From an uncultured Clostridia bacterium (GTDB lineage: Bacteria > Bacillota > Clostridia > TANB77 > CAG-465): a stretch of 33,883 bases of DNA. The notes below the pieces were generated by a model. That model searched no databases and was not told the DNA's origin. It saw only the letters and a program-made list of their open reading frames with translations. Positions 25,577 through 33,883 of the stretch are shown here, piece after piece. Each line of letters begins with the position of its first letter. The first letter of the stretch is position 1. Location: the NCBI GenBank assembly GCA_947632225.1, contig CANROM010000003.1, positions 1-33,883 on the forward strand, read 5' to 3'. A program made the position numbers and the translations under genes.

Positions 25577-27371
25577 AAAGAAAATTAGTATTATAGCAAT
25601 TTTATCAATGCTGAACATTCCATTAATCATAATTTTAAGTGCTATAATTCATACTAAAATGGCTAAAATAGAGTTTGCACAAATAGTAGTTGATAAGCAA
25701 TTATTACTACTATTTTTTCTTTTATATTTGCTTGTAGAGGTTATAATAGTTATGCTTTTTGGTTTTGAAAATAAAAATAGTTTTCAAAGTGAAACAGTTA
25801 GTATTACAGATAAATTAAGAACTCCTGAAATAATGGGACAAGGGCAACATGGAACAGCACGATGGCTAACTAAAAAAGAATTTAGAAAGGCTTTTAAATG
25901 TAATACTTTAAGTAATACTAATGATACTTTTAATTCAGGTGGAATTATTGTAGGTTATGAAAAAAATAAAAAGCAGGAAAATATTTATTATATTGATGAT
26001 AATATACATAGTTTAGTAGTTGGTGCTACTAGAAGTGGTAAAACTAGAAGTATTGTTTTACAAACAGTTGGAAATTTAGGCTTGTCAGGCGAAAGTATGA
26101 TTATTTCAGATCCAAAAGCTGAAATATATCATTATACTTCAAAATTCTTAGAAAATTTAGGTTATGACATTATAACTTTAGATTTTAAAAATCCTACTAA
26201 AAGTACAAGTTACAATTTTCTACAACCTGTAATTGATGCAGTAAATAGAAATGACTTCAGAAAAGCTGAAGAATATGCTTGGGATATAACACAGAGTTTA
26301 GTTGGAAATGAAGAAACTAAGATGGAAAAAATTTGGCGAGATGGCGAGATGTCAGTAATTGCAGGTGCAATTATGAGTGTTGTTTTTGACAATAAAGAAA
26401 ATCCTGAATATCAGAATTTAACTAATGTATATTCTTTTATTTCAGAAATGTGTAAAACAACAGGACAACAAATGCCTATAAATAAATATATTGAAAGTTT
26501 GCCTCCTGAACATCCTTCAAGCACAATTTTTAGCATTGCACGAATTGCACCTGAAAAAACTAGAGGCTCTTTTTTTACTTCTGCCCTTACTACTCTTAGA
26601 TTATTTACAAGTAAAAGTATTTATGGAATGACTTGTAAAAGTGATTTTAGCTTAAAACAAGCAGGAGAAAAAAAGACTGTAACTTATATTATACTTCCTG
26701 ATGAAAAAACAACTTATTATCCCCTTGCCTCACTTTTTGTTTATCAAAACTATGTTTCACTTGTTGAATCTGCTGATGAACGAGGAGGCGAATTAAAAAC
26801 AAGAGTAAATTACATTTTAGATGAGTTTGGAAATTTTACAACTATTCCCTCATTTAGTAATATGCTCACAGTTTCAGGAGGTAGAAAAATTAGATTTAAT
26901 TTGTTCTTACAATCATTTTCACAACTTGAAAATAAATATGGTCGTGAAATTGCTGAAAATATTAGAGATAACTGTCAAACTTGGATTTATTTGAAAACTG
27001 CCTCAAATGAAACAGCTTCAGTAATTTCAAAAAAACTAGGTTGCTATACAACTTCTAGTTATAGTAGATCAAGTAGTTATAGTAAATATCAAAATGGCAG
27101 TAACTCAGAATCAGTAAATTTAATTAGTAGAAATTTATTGACTGAAGATGAAATACTTAGAATAGAAAGACCTTATGTTTTAGTAATTCAAACAGGTCTA
27201 TTCCCTATTATCACTAAACTTCCTGATATTTCAAAATGGAAATTTAATAGTTTATTTGGAATGGGAAATCAAGAGCATAACAGAAGATTAAGACTTGAAA
27301 GAGAAAATCAAAGACCTATAAAAGAAATTGAAGATATAAAACTATGGGGAATTTGGAATATGTATAGATAA
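25569..27371 (+). CDS. virD4: VirD4/TraG type IV coupling protein
   Basis: Two TM helices, HGTARW, GATRSGKT, SDPKAE, LDEFGN, LQSFSQL. Confidence 0.93.
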   Translation: MNKKKISIIAILSMLNIPLIIILSAIIHTKMAKIEFAQIVVDKQLLLLFFLLYLLVEVIIVMLFGFENKNSFQSETVSITDKLRTPEIMGQGQHGTARWLTKKEFRKAFKCNTLSNTNDTFNSGGIIVGYEKNKKQENIYYIDDNIHSLVVGATRSGKTRSIVLQTVGNLGLSGESMIISDPKAEIYHYTSKFLENLGYDIITLDFKNPTKSTSYNFLQPVIDAVNRNDFRKAEEYAWDITQSLVGNEETKMEKIWRDGEMSVIAGAIMSVVFDNKENPEYQNLTNVYSFISEMCKTTGQQMPINKYIESLPPEHPSSTIFSIARIAPEKTRGSFFTSALTTLRLFTSKSIYGMTCKSDFSLKQAGEKKTVTYIILPDEKTTYYPLASLFVYQNYVSLVESADERGGELKTRVNYILDEFGNFTTIPSFSNMLTVSGGRKIRFNLFLQSFSQLENKYGREIAENIRDNCQTWIYLKTASNETASVISKKLGCYTTSSYSRSSSYSKYQNGSNSESVNLISRNLLTEDEILRIERPYVLVIQTGLFPIITKLPDISKWKFNSLFGMGNQEHNRRLRLERENQRPIKEIEDIKLWGIWNMYR

Positions 27372-27384
27372 GGAGAATTTATGT

Positions 27385-27732
27385 ATGAAGAAAATAAAAG
27401 AAAAAACAAAAAGATATTTAGAAAAAATAGGAAAAGCAGGACTTGTTATAACAAGTCTTTTTTGTGCAACAGGCACTTGTTTTGCAGGAGTTCAAGACAG
27501 CAAAATAGCAACAGGAACTCAAAACTTAATAACTGATTTAACTAATTGGCTTTTAATACTTGCTCCTGTTTTAACAGTATTATTAGTTGGTTATTACTTG
27601 CTTAGAAAATCATCAAGCGATGAAATGGATGGCAAGAGATGGGACTCAAGAATAAAAGTAGCAATTATATGCTGTGTAGGTGTAATAGTTGCTAGTGGAC
27701 TTATAAATTTAATAGTTGGATATTATAAATAA
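27385..27732 (+). CDS. Pilin-like (VirB2-like) conjugation protein
   Basis: Signal peptide ending TCFA then two hydrophobic helices; position after VirD4. Confidence 0.6.
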   Translation: MKKIKEKTKRYLEKIGKAGLVITSLFCATGTCFAGVQDSKIATGTQNLITDLTNWLLILAPVLTVLLVGYYLLRKSSSDEMDGKRWDSRIKVAIICCVGVIVASGLINLIVGYYK

Positions 27733-27743
27733 GGAGGTACATT

Positions 27744-28601
27744 TTGGAATCAATTTTAACTGGTTTGATTACCAGTATTATTGGTGGTGCTGATAATGTA
27801 ATTAACTCTGCATTTAATGGACTTATTGATATGTGTTTTAATTCAGAAAACTATATATCTTCTAATTTTGGAAGTACAGTAGTTGATTTTTCAGGATTAA
27901 AAGCACTTATTTTAAGTTTAGCAATATCTTTAATAGTATTGAAGTTTCTAAAAAAAGGTTTCGATATGTATATTTTATGGACTGATGGAGAATCTGATAC
28001 TCCTCCACTTACATATATTGTTTATTTTATTAGAGCAATAGTTGTAGCTGTTAGTTTTTCCGTTTTATATGACTGGATAATTCAGATCGCTAAGTCTTTT
28101 GGAGAATCCATATTAACAGCAATGAATATGGCAAATAACATATCATTAACTACTACCATTGCTAATATTGCGACTTCAGGTTTATTCACAGCAATAGTAG
28201 CTTTAATTGCTTTAATACTATTATTTGTTTTATATATACAATTTTTAATGAGATCCTTAGAAATGTTTGTATTAAAACTTGGATTTCCTTTAGCTTGTGT
28301 TGGTTTAGTAAATCCTGATGGAGGAGTTTTTAAATCATATTCAGAAAAGCTAGTTAAAAGTATTTTAACAGTTTTAGTACAGATTATATTATGCAAAATC
28401 GCAATAATACTGATAATGAATGTAAAAATGTTGTTTGGAATCGCCTCAATTATAATGGCGATTAAAACACCTAAGTTCTTACAAGAATTTATGCTTGGTG
28501 GTGGAACTGGTGGCATTAGTAATGTAATAGTTACTACAAGTAAAACTATGGAACTTTCTTCTCAGATCAAGAGAAAACTTAGTACATTAAAGAAAGGGTA
28601 A
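27744..28601 (+). CDS. VirB6/TrbL-like membrane protein
   Basis: Multi-TM, RSLEMFVLKLGFPLACVG. Confidence 0.75.
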   Translation: MESILTGLITSIIGGADNVINSAFNGLIDMCFNSENYISSNFGSTVVDFSGLKALILSLAISLIVLKFLKKGFDMYILWTDGESDTPPLTYIVYFIRAIVVAVSFSVLYDWIIQIAKSFGESILTAMNMANNISLTTTIANIATSGLFTAIVALIALILLFVLYIQFLMRSLEMFVLKLGFPLACVGLVNPDGGVFKSYSEKLVKSILTVLVQIILCKIAIILIMNVKMLFGIASIIMAIKTPKFLQEFMLGGGTGGISNVIVTTSKTMELSSQIKRKLSTLKKG

Positions 28602-28604
28602 TTT

Positions 28605-28862
28605 ATGGATACTTTAAATGAAATAATAAGTTTATTAAGAGTTGTGATAATACCACTAGGAGTGGTATTTAGAGTTGTTTTTTGCTTAACAAAAATGATT
28701 TATGATGAAGATGCTCAAGGCTCATATAAGAAAAAAATTAGAAATACCATAGTTTTTGGAGTTATAGCAGAGCTTATATTTGTAGTTCTTGCTTTAATTC
28801 AAAATTATTATGGTACAGGAGATATTATACCTTCCCATTTCTCAGGTGGTGGAGGTAGATAA
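28605..28862 (+). CDS. Small two-TM conjugation protein (second pilin-like)
   Basis: Two hydrophobic helices around KKKIRN, ending ..YYG like the first pilin-like gene. Confidence 0.55.
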   Translation: MDTLNEIISLLRVVIIPLGVVFRVVFCLTKMIYDEDAQGSYKKKIRNTIVFGVIAELIFVVLALIQNYYGTGDIIPSHFSGGGGR

Positions 28863-28882
28863 TATGCTAAAGGAGGCTTTTA

Positions 28883-29206
28883 ATGAACAATGAAGATGAA
28901 TACAAACTATATATTCCTTCTAATGTAAAAACTAGAATGGAATTTTTTAAAGGGTATGGTGTTACAGAACTTATATCTACAATAATTGTTTTTGCTTGTT
29001 TACTCCCTATTAGTTTAATTATTTATAACTTAAAAGGTAATCTATTACTACCTGTTGTAATTGAGTTTATAGGAGTTGCAGGAACAATTATAGCAACTGC
29101 TAAAGATGAAAATAATTTATGTGTTACTAGACAAATAAAATTTTTAATTGACTTTGCTAATACACAAAAACAGTATAGATATAAATACTTTAATAAATGG
29201 AGGTAG
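28883..29206 (+). CDS. PrgI/VirB3-like protein
   Basis: YIPSNVKTRMEFFKG, two TM helices, QKQYRY. Confidence 0.65.
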   Translation: MNNEDEYKLYIPSNVKTRMEFFKGYGVTELISTIIVFACLLPISLIIYNLKGNLLLPVVIEFIGVAGTIIATAKDENNLCVTRQIKFLIDFANTQKQYRYKYFNKWR

Positions 29207-29210
29207 AAAA

Positions 29211-29822
29211 TTGTTTAAAATAATTAGTAATTTATTTGGTAAAAAATCAAAAGACATTACTTGCAATGAAGAAGTTGGAATCTTAGATATTAGAAATAAC
29301 TATATTTATACAAGGGATGGTAATGTAATTGCAGGACTTAAAATATATTCAATAAATACACAATTACTTACTGAAAGAGAAAAACAAAACCTAATAAATG
29401 AATTATCTGCTGAACTTTCTTCAGAACAAGGAGAACTTAAATACTTTAATATTGCTAGAGCTGTTGATATATCTCCTCTACAAGAATATTTAACAGAGAT
29501 TATAAATACAACAGATAATGCAATACAAAAAAGATTATTAAAAACACATTTAAAAGAAGTACAAAGATTGTCTTTGAATGGAGAAATCGTTGAAAGGCAA
29601 TCTTTTTTAATGATAAATGCTAAGCACGATGATAACTCAGAAAAAGACTTATTAAAAAGATGCTTAGATTTAAGTAATAAATTTGAGAGATGTAGCATTA
29701 AAACAGAAATTCTTGATGAACCTTCTCTGATACAATTATGCAACAGCTTTTTGAATATGAACTATGCACACAGAGAAGATACTGAAATTGAGGATAAAGT
29801 TTTAATGCTGAAGGAGGCTTAA
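29211..29822 (+). CDS. TrsD-like VirB4 partner protein
   Basis: TTG start with GGAGG RBS; LKIYSINTQLLTERE, RAVDIS; directly before VirB4. Confidence 0.65.
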   Translation: MFKIISNLFGKKSKDITCNEEVGILDIRNNYIYTRDGNVIAGLKIYSINTQLLTEREKQNLINELSAELSSEQGELKYFNIARAVDISPLQEYLTEIINTTDNAIQKRLLKTHLKEVQRLSLNGEIVERQSFLMINAKHDDNSEKDLLKRCLDLSNKFERCSIKTEILDEPSLIQLCNSFLNMNYAHREDTEIEDKVLMLKEA

Positions 29823-29823
29823 T

Positions 29824-31656
29824 TTGAAAAAAAGAGAAATTGAAAGAATAGTTGAAAATAATACATTACTTAATATTCTAAGTCCTATTGGAGGTATTGA
29901 ATATAAAAAGAATTATTTTAGAGTGGGAGATTATTTAGGTAGAGTATATGCTATTACAAAATATCCTCAAAAAGTTAGAGTTGGTTGGCTTGAAAGTATT
30001 GCAAATATTCCTAATACAGTATGTTCACTTAATATCTCTCCTACTGAAAAAGATACTTTAATGCAAAATATCAGTAAAGGTATAAGGCAAAATGAAATTC
30101 AGTACGATAGCATAAAAGATGAAATATTAAGGCAAAGAACAGAAAGAGAAATAAACGATGCTAGAGAGCTTATTGAAAAAATTGACCTAAACGGAGAAAC
30201 TGTTGTATATGTTACTATTTCAATAATGGTAATTGCTGAAGATATGGAAGAATTAAAACAAAGGTCAAAAGCTGTTTTGACAAAACTTGCAACTATGCAA
30301 ATGAAAGGGCGATTATTAACTAATTTGAGTAGAAACTCATTTAAGTTAATGTCGCCTTTTTCTATTACAGATCCAGTAATAAAAGAAATTGCTGATAGAA
30401 ATATGCTAGAAAGCTCTTGGATTGGTGGACTTCCCTTTTCTAGTTCAGGCTTTAATGATGGGAACAAATATTACTTTGCTAGAGATACAAAAGGTGGAAT
30501 CGTAATACTTGATCCTTGGAAAAGAGGTGGCGACAGAACTAACTCAAACTTTGTAATTATGGGTACAGCAGGTGTTGGAAAATCTACTGTTGCTAAACAT
30601 TTAATTTTAAATGAATATATGACAGATACAAAAGTTATTTTAATAGATCCTGAAAGAGAATATAAAGAAATGACTGAAAAACTAGGCGAAAAATGGATTG
30701 ACATGGGTAGTGGTAAAGGTGGAATTATAAATCCATTACAAATAAAAGCTGTACCACTAGATGATGAAGGCGAAGAAGAAATTGGATATAAAGATGAAGG
30801 CAAAGGAATGGGAGCTATGGCTCTACATTTTCAAACATTAAGAACATTTTTTAAACTATTATATCCTGAATTAAATTCAATACAAGTAGCTTATTTAGAA
30901 GAAGTTTTAGAAGAATTATATAAAAAATTCAATATAACTTGGGATACAGATATAACAGGTATTCCTAATAATAAATTCCCTATTATGATTGATTTATATA
31001 ACTTGCTTGGAGAAAAAGCAAATAATGAAAAAGATAAAGATAAACAAAAAATATTTGCAACTTTAAGAAGTTTGTTAAGAGGAATAAGTATAGGTGCTGA
31101 AAAAGGCTTATTTAATGGATATACCTCAGTAAATGATATAGCAAAAGTAGTATGCTTTGATACATTTAATTTACAAAATGCCTCAGATAGAATAAAAAAA
31201 GCACAATACTTTAATATACTAACTTATTGTTGGGAGATTATGAGTAAAGATAAAACTGAAAAAACTATGCTTGTATGTGATGAGGCTTATTTGCTTATTG
31301 ATCCTGAAGTCCCTCAAACATTGATATTTTTAAGAAATGTTGCTAAGAGATGTAGAAAATATGAAGGAAGTTTAATTATTATTTCCCACTCTATTGTTGA
31401 CTTTTTAGATGGCTCTGTAAAAATGTATGGTCAAGCAATACTTGATATGGCTACATATAAAATTCTTATGGGTACAGATGGTCAAAATTTAGAGGAATCA
31501 ACTGAACTTTTTAAATTAAGTGAGGCACAAGCAGAATTTTTATATAAAAAGAAAAGAGGTTTAGCTTTATTTATCATTGGCTCAAATAGAATATTTGTAA
31601 GGTTTGACATCTTCCCTATTGAGTTTGAGTTCTTTGGTAAAGGTGGTGGTCGTTAA
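29824..31656 (+). CDS. virB4: VirB4 conjugation ATPase
   Basis: NSNFVIMGTAGVGKS, IDPEREY, INPLQ, CDEAY, RCRKYEG. Confidence 0.93.
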   Translation: MKKREIERIVENNTLLNILSPIGGIEYKKNYFRVGDYLGRVYAITKYPQKVRVGWLESIANIPNTVCSLNISPTEKDTLMQNISKGIRQNEIQYDSIKDEILRQRTEREINDARELIEKIDLNGETVVYVTISIMVIAEDMEELKQRSKAVLTKLATMQMKGRLLTNLSRNSFKLMSPFSITDPVIKEIADRNMLESSWIGGLPFSSSGFNDGNKYYFARDTKGGIVILDPWKRGGDRTNSNFVIMGTAGVGKSTVAKHLILNEYMTDTKVILIDPEREYKEMTEKLGEKWIDMGSGKGGIINPLQIKAVPLDDEGEEEIGYKDEGKGMGAMALHFQTLRTFFKLLYPELNSIQVAYLEEVLEELYKKFNITWDTDITGIPNNKFPIMIDLYNLLGEKANNEKDKDKQKIFATLRSLLRGISIGAEKGLFNGYTSVNDIAKVVCFDTFNLQNASDRIKKAQYFNILTYCWEIMSKDKTEKTMLVCDEAYLLIDPEVPQTLIFLRNVAKRCRKYEGSLIIISHSIVDFLDGSVKMYGQAILDMATYKILMGTDGQNLEESTELFKLSEAQAEFLYKKKRGLALFIIGSNRIFVRFDIFPIEFEFFGKGGGR

Positions 31657-32384
31657 TGGCGATAGATCCACATACAGCAAAAATTATAGCACAAGCAGTT
31701 ATTAGTCAAATAACAGATGAAGAAAAAAGACAAAGACTAATTATAGGAATTATTATTACTATTGTAATTATAGTTTTTATACTCTTAATTCCTGTTTTTG
31801 CTATTACTTCTACTATTGATAAAATCAAAAGTTTTTTTGGCTTTGGAGATGATGGGACAACTTCAGATAGCTCTTATTATTCATTGGTAGAAATGCACGA
31901 TACTTATGCTCCTACTCTAACTGTTGGAGAATTAGAATATAACGGAACATTCCCTATGCCTGTTCAAGGTGCTACTGTTACAAGTGAATTTGGATCAAGA
32001 GTCCACCCTGTAACAGGAAAACAGAGTTTTCATACAGGTATTGACTTAGCAGGAGTTTGGCACTCTAACATAACTTCAGTTAATAGTGGTAATGTTGTTT
32101 GGGCAGGTGTTCAAAGTGGTTATGGAAATTGTGTAGAAGTACAACATACTACTGAAAGTGGAACAGTTTATTATACCTTCTATGCACATTTAGCTAGGAT
32201 TGATGTTATAGAAGGTCAAGAAATACAGCAAGGCACAGTTGTTGGAATTCAAGGAGGAGATCCGAATCGTGATCCGAATCCTGGATATAGTACAGGCTCA
32301 CACTTGCATTTTGAGATAAGAATGTCGCAAAGTGGCGACTTCATAAATCCTAGAGAATATTTATTTGAAAATAAGGAGGTGTAA
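31656..32384 (+). CDS. M23 peptidoglycan peptidase (VirB1 role)
   Basis: N-terminal TM, HTGIDL (HxxxD), YAHL, STGSHLHFE. Confidence 0.9.
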   Translation: MAIDPHTAKIIAQAVISQITDEEKRQRLIIGIIITIVIIVFILLIPVFAITSTIDKIKSFFGFGDDGTTSDSSYYSLVEMHDTYAPTLTVGELEYNGTFPMPVQGATVTSEFGSRVHPVTGKQSFHTGIDLAGVWHSNITSVNSGNVVWAGVQSGYGNCVEVQHTTESGTVYYTFYAHLARIDVIEGQEIQQGTVVGIQGGDPNRDPNPGYSTGSHLHFEIRMSQSGDFINPREYLFENKEV

Positions 32385-32385
32385 A

Positions 32386-32934
32386 TTGATAACAGATATA
32401 TATACAACTGATAAAACATATAATATAATCTATGCCGATCCTCCTTGGAAATACAAAACTTGGAGAGAAGGCTCAGGGACAGCAGAAAAACATTATCCTA
32501 CAATGGATATTGAAAGTATAGTAAATATGAAGGATACAATCAAAAAAATTTCAAATAGTGATTGTATTCTTTTTTTATGGGTAACCTTCCCTTGCCTATT
32601 AGAAGGTTTACGAACTATGAAAGAATGGGGTTTTAAATATAAAACTTGTGGTTTTAATTGGATTAAAAGAAATAAAAAAAGTGATACTTGGTTTTTTGGT
32701 ATGGGACATTGGACTAGAGCTAATTCAGAACTATGCTTAATTGGAACAAAAGGAACTATTAAAAGAAAGTCTAATAAAGTATTTCAAATAGTAGATACTC
32801 ATATTCAAGAGCATAGCAAGAAACCTGATATAGTTAGAGAAAGAATAATAGAGCTGGTTGGAGATCTCCCACGAATTGAGTTGTTTGCAAGACAGACTGC
32901 AGATGGATGGGATTCTTGGGGAAATGAAGTTTAA
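32386..32934 (+). CDS. MT-A70 family adenine methyltransferase
   Basis: IYADPPW, LFLWVT, HSKKP, RIELFAR; TTG start with AAGGAGG RBS. Confidence 0.92.
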   Translation: MITDIYTTDKTYNIIYADPPWKYKTWREGSGTAEKHYPTMDIESIVNMKDTIKKISNSDCILFLWVTFPCLLEGLRTMKEWGFKYKTCGFNWIKRNKKSDTWFFGMGHWTRANSELCLIGTKGTIKRKSNKVFQIVDTHIQEHSKKPDIVRERIIELVGDLPRIELFARQTADGWDSWGNEV

Positions 32935-32949
32935 AAAGAGGTGGTTTAT

Positions 32950-33771
32950 TTGGATATAAAAACAAAAATATTAGTTAATAAATTTAAAAATATATCATAC
33001 TTTAAAGATTTAGAAGATTATATTTCAGATCGAGTAAACGAAAATAAGCTAGATTATGATAAATTAAAATATTTATATGATAATCTTTATAAAGGTCGTT
33101 CAGAATTCATAAAACAAAACATATATCCTGTTGGAGAATTTTTATCAAGTGGCTATTCCTTTGAAGAATGCGAGAAAATAACTGATTTGCTAGAGGATGC
33201 AACAGGAAAAACAATATTTTTCTATGAGAAAAAAGAACAAGGGCATAGATTTAATAAACTATTTGTAGATTTAAAGTTTAGTTTTGACAAATATAATGAA
33301 TTTATAAAATGTGGCAATAGCAAAGATATTGCCTTTGAAAAATTAAAGTTTGAACTAGATAATACACCTCTGAAATTAAGAGAAATTATAGTTACTTTAA
33401 GCTCAAATAAATATATTTATCATTCTGAAATGGAATCCTATTGTAAGTATATAAATGATGAAATGGAAAAATTAAGAAATGACTTTAGAGAAGATACTAG
33501 CAAAGATGAAAAACTATTAAAACATTTTGAAAATGATAATCCTAAAAATAGGTTTCAGAGTATTAGGGTTGCAGGAACAATACTAGCAGGAATTGATCTA
33601 AGAAATTTACAAAGAGAAAATAATAATTTAACTGGTGCAAAAGAAGAATACCCCTACAATGATAAACAAGTTAAAATGATAGATTTATTTAATAGACTTG
33701 AAAATACAATGGAAAAAGCTGAACAATATATTGAGTTAAATTATGATCAGGAAAATAATATAGAAATGTAG
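32950..33771 (+). CDS. Hypothetical protein
   Basis: About 273 aa ORF, GAGGTG RBS before TTG 32950. Confidence 0.75.
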   Translation: MDIKTKILVNKFKNISYFKDLEDYISDRVNENKLDYDKLKYLYDNLYKGRSEFIKQNIYPVGEFLSSGYSFEECEKITDLLEDATGKTIFFYEKKEQGHRFNKLFVDLKFSFDKYNEFIKCGNSKDIAFEKLKFELDNTPLKLREIIVTLSSNKYIYHSEMESYCKYINDEMEKLRNDFREDTSKDEKLLKHFENDNPKNRFQSIRVAGTILAGIDLRNLQRENNNLTGAKEEYPYNDKQVKMIDLFNRLENTMEKAEQYIELNYDQENNIEM

Positions 33772-33831
33772 ATATATTTTATCTTGTGTGATATAATCAT
33801 AAGCGAAAATAGTAATTTGTAGGGAGGAACA

Positions 33832-33883
33832 ATGTCTTTAATAAGTGTAAATAATTTGACTTTTGGATATGATGGAAGTTTTA
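33832..33883 (+). CDS. Start of Lsa-like ABC-F ribosomal protection protein (partial)
   Basis: MSLISVNNLTFGYDGSL resembles Lsa N-termini; GGAGG RBS; TAGATA(33769)-N17-TATAAT promoter; only 17 codons visible. Confidence 0.55.
   Translation, partial: MSLISVNNLTFGYDGSF

Larger units (their letters stand above)
17909..33883. mobile_element. Integrative conjugative element inserted in tRNA-Arg (right end and integrase outside window)
   Basis: tRNA att fragment, relaxase, MobC, VirD4, VirB4, VirB6, ArdA, all co-oriented. Confidence 0.88.

Noticed and set aside
1299-30803. Many antisense ORFs inside long genes (e.g. 1299-1586, 4176-4499, 8770-9075, 28082-28516, 29306-29743, 30099-30803)
   Set aside because: Ser/Phe/Ile-rich mirror frames of well-supported genes
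32259-32281. GATCCGAATC direct repeat
   Set aside because: Simply encodes DPNRDPNP in an M23 loop

Overview
AT-rich DNA from a low-GC, spore-forming Bacillota (Clostridia-like) chromosome. Bases 1-16.8 kb look like host chromosome: a DUF308 membrane protein, LMW phosphatase-rpiB-TagO/WecA-like-YqeY, ymfF/ymfH M16 peptidases, a Spo0E-like phosphatase, three small genes behind a sigmaK-like promoter, YlbF, a nucleotidyltransferase plus MoaA-like radical SAM pair, an ECF sigma locus, cwlD and an HD hydrolase. This half also holds an orphan operon (TrsD-like, VirB4-like ATPase, CpaE/ParA-like ATPase, unknown) whose Spo0A-box promoter is duplicated upstream of the spo0E-like gene. At 16.9-17.7 kb a PemK/MazF-family toxin gene has no protein antitoxin and is followed by two paralogous small-RNA-like units, each with its own apparent promoter and terminator; this is the best candidate for an undescribed system (RNA-antitoxin, type III-like). 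At 17909-17958 the 3' half of tRNA-Arg(ACG) marks the att end of an ICE that runs off the right edge: phage-like regulators and replication initiator, TnpV, ArdA-DUF3846, LPD28, ParB, oriT, MobC, MOBP relaxase, VirD4, pilin/VirB6/PrgI/VirB4, M23 peptidase, MT-A70 methylase and the start of an Lsa-like ABC-F gene. Eight ICE proteins share an acidic C-terminal D/E-M-E-hydrophobic type motif. All family calls come from motif recognition by eye; no searches were run.
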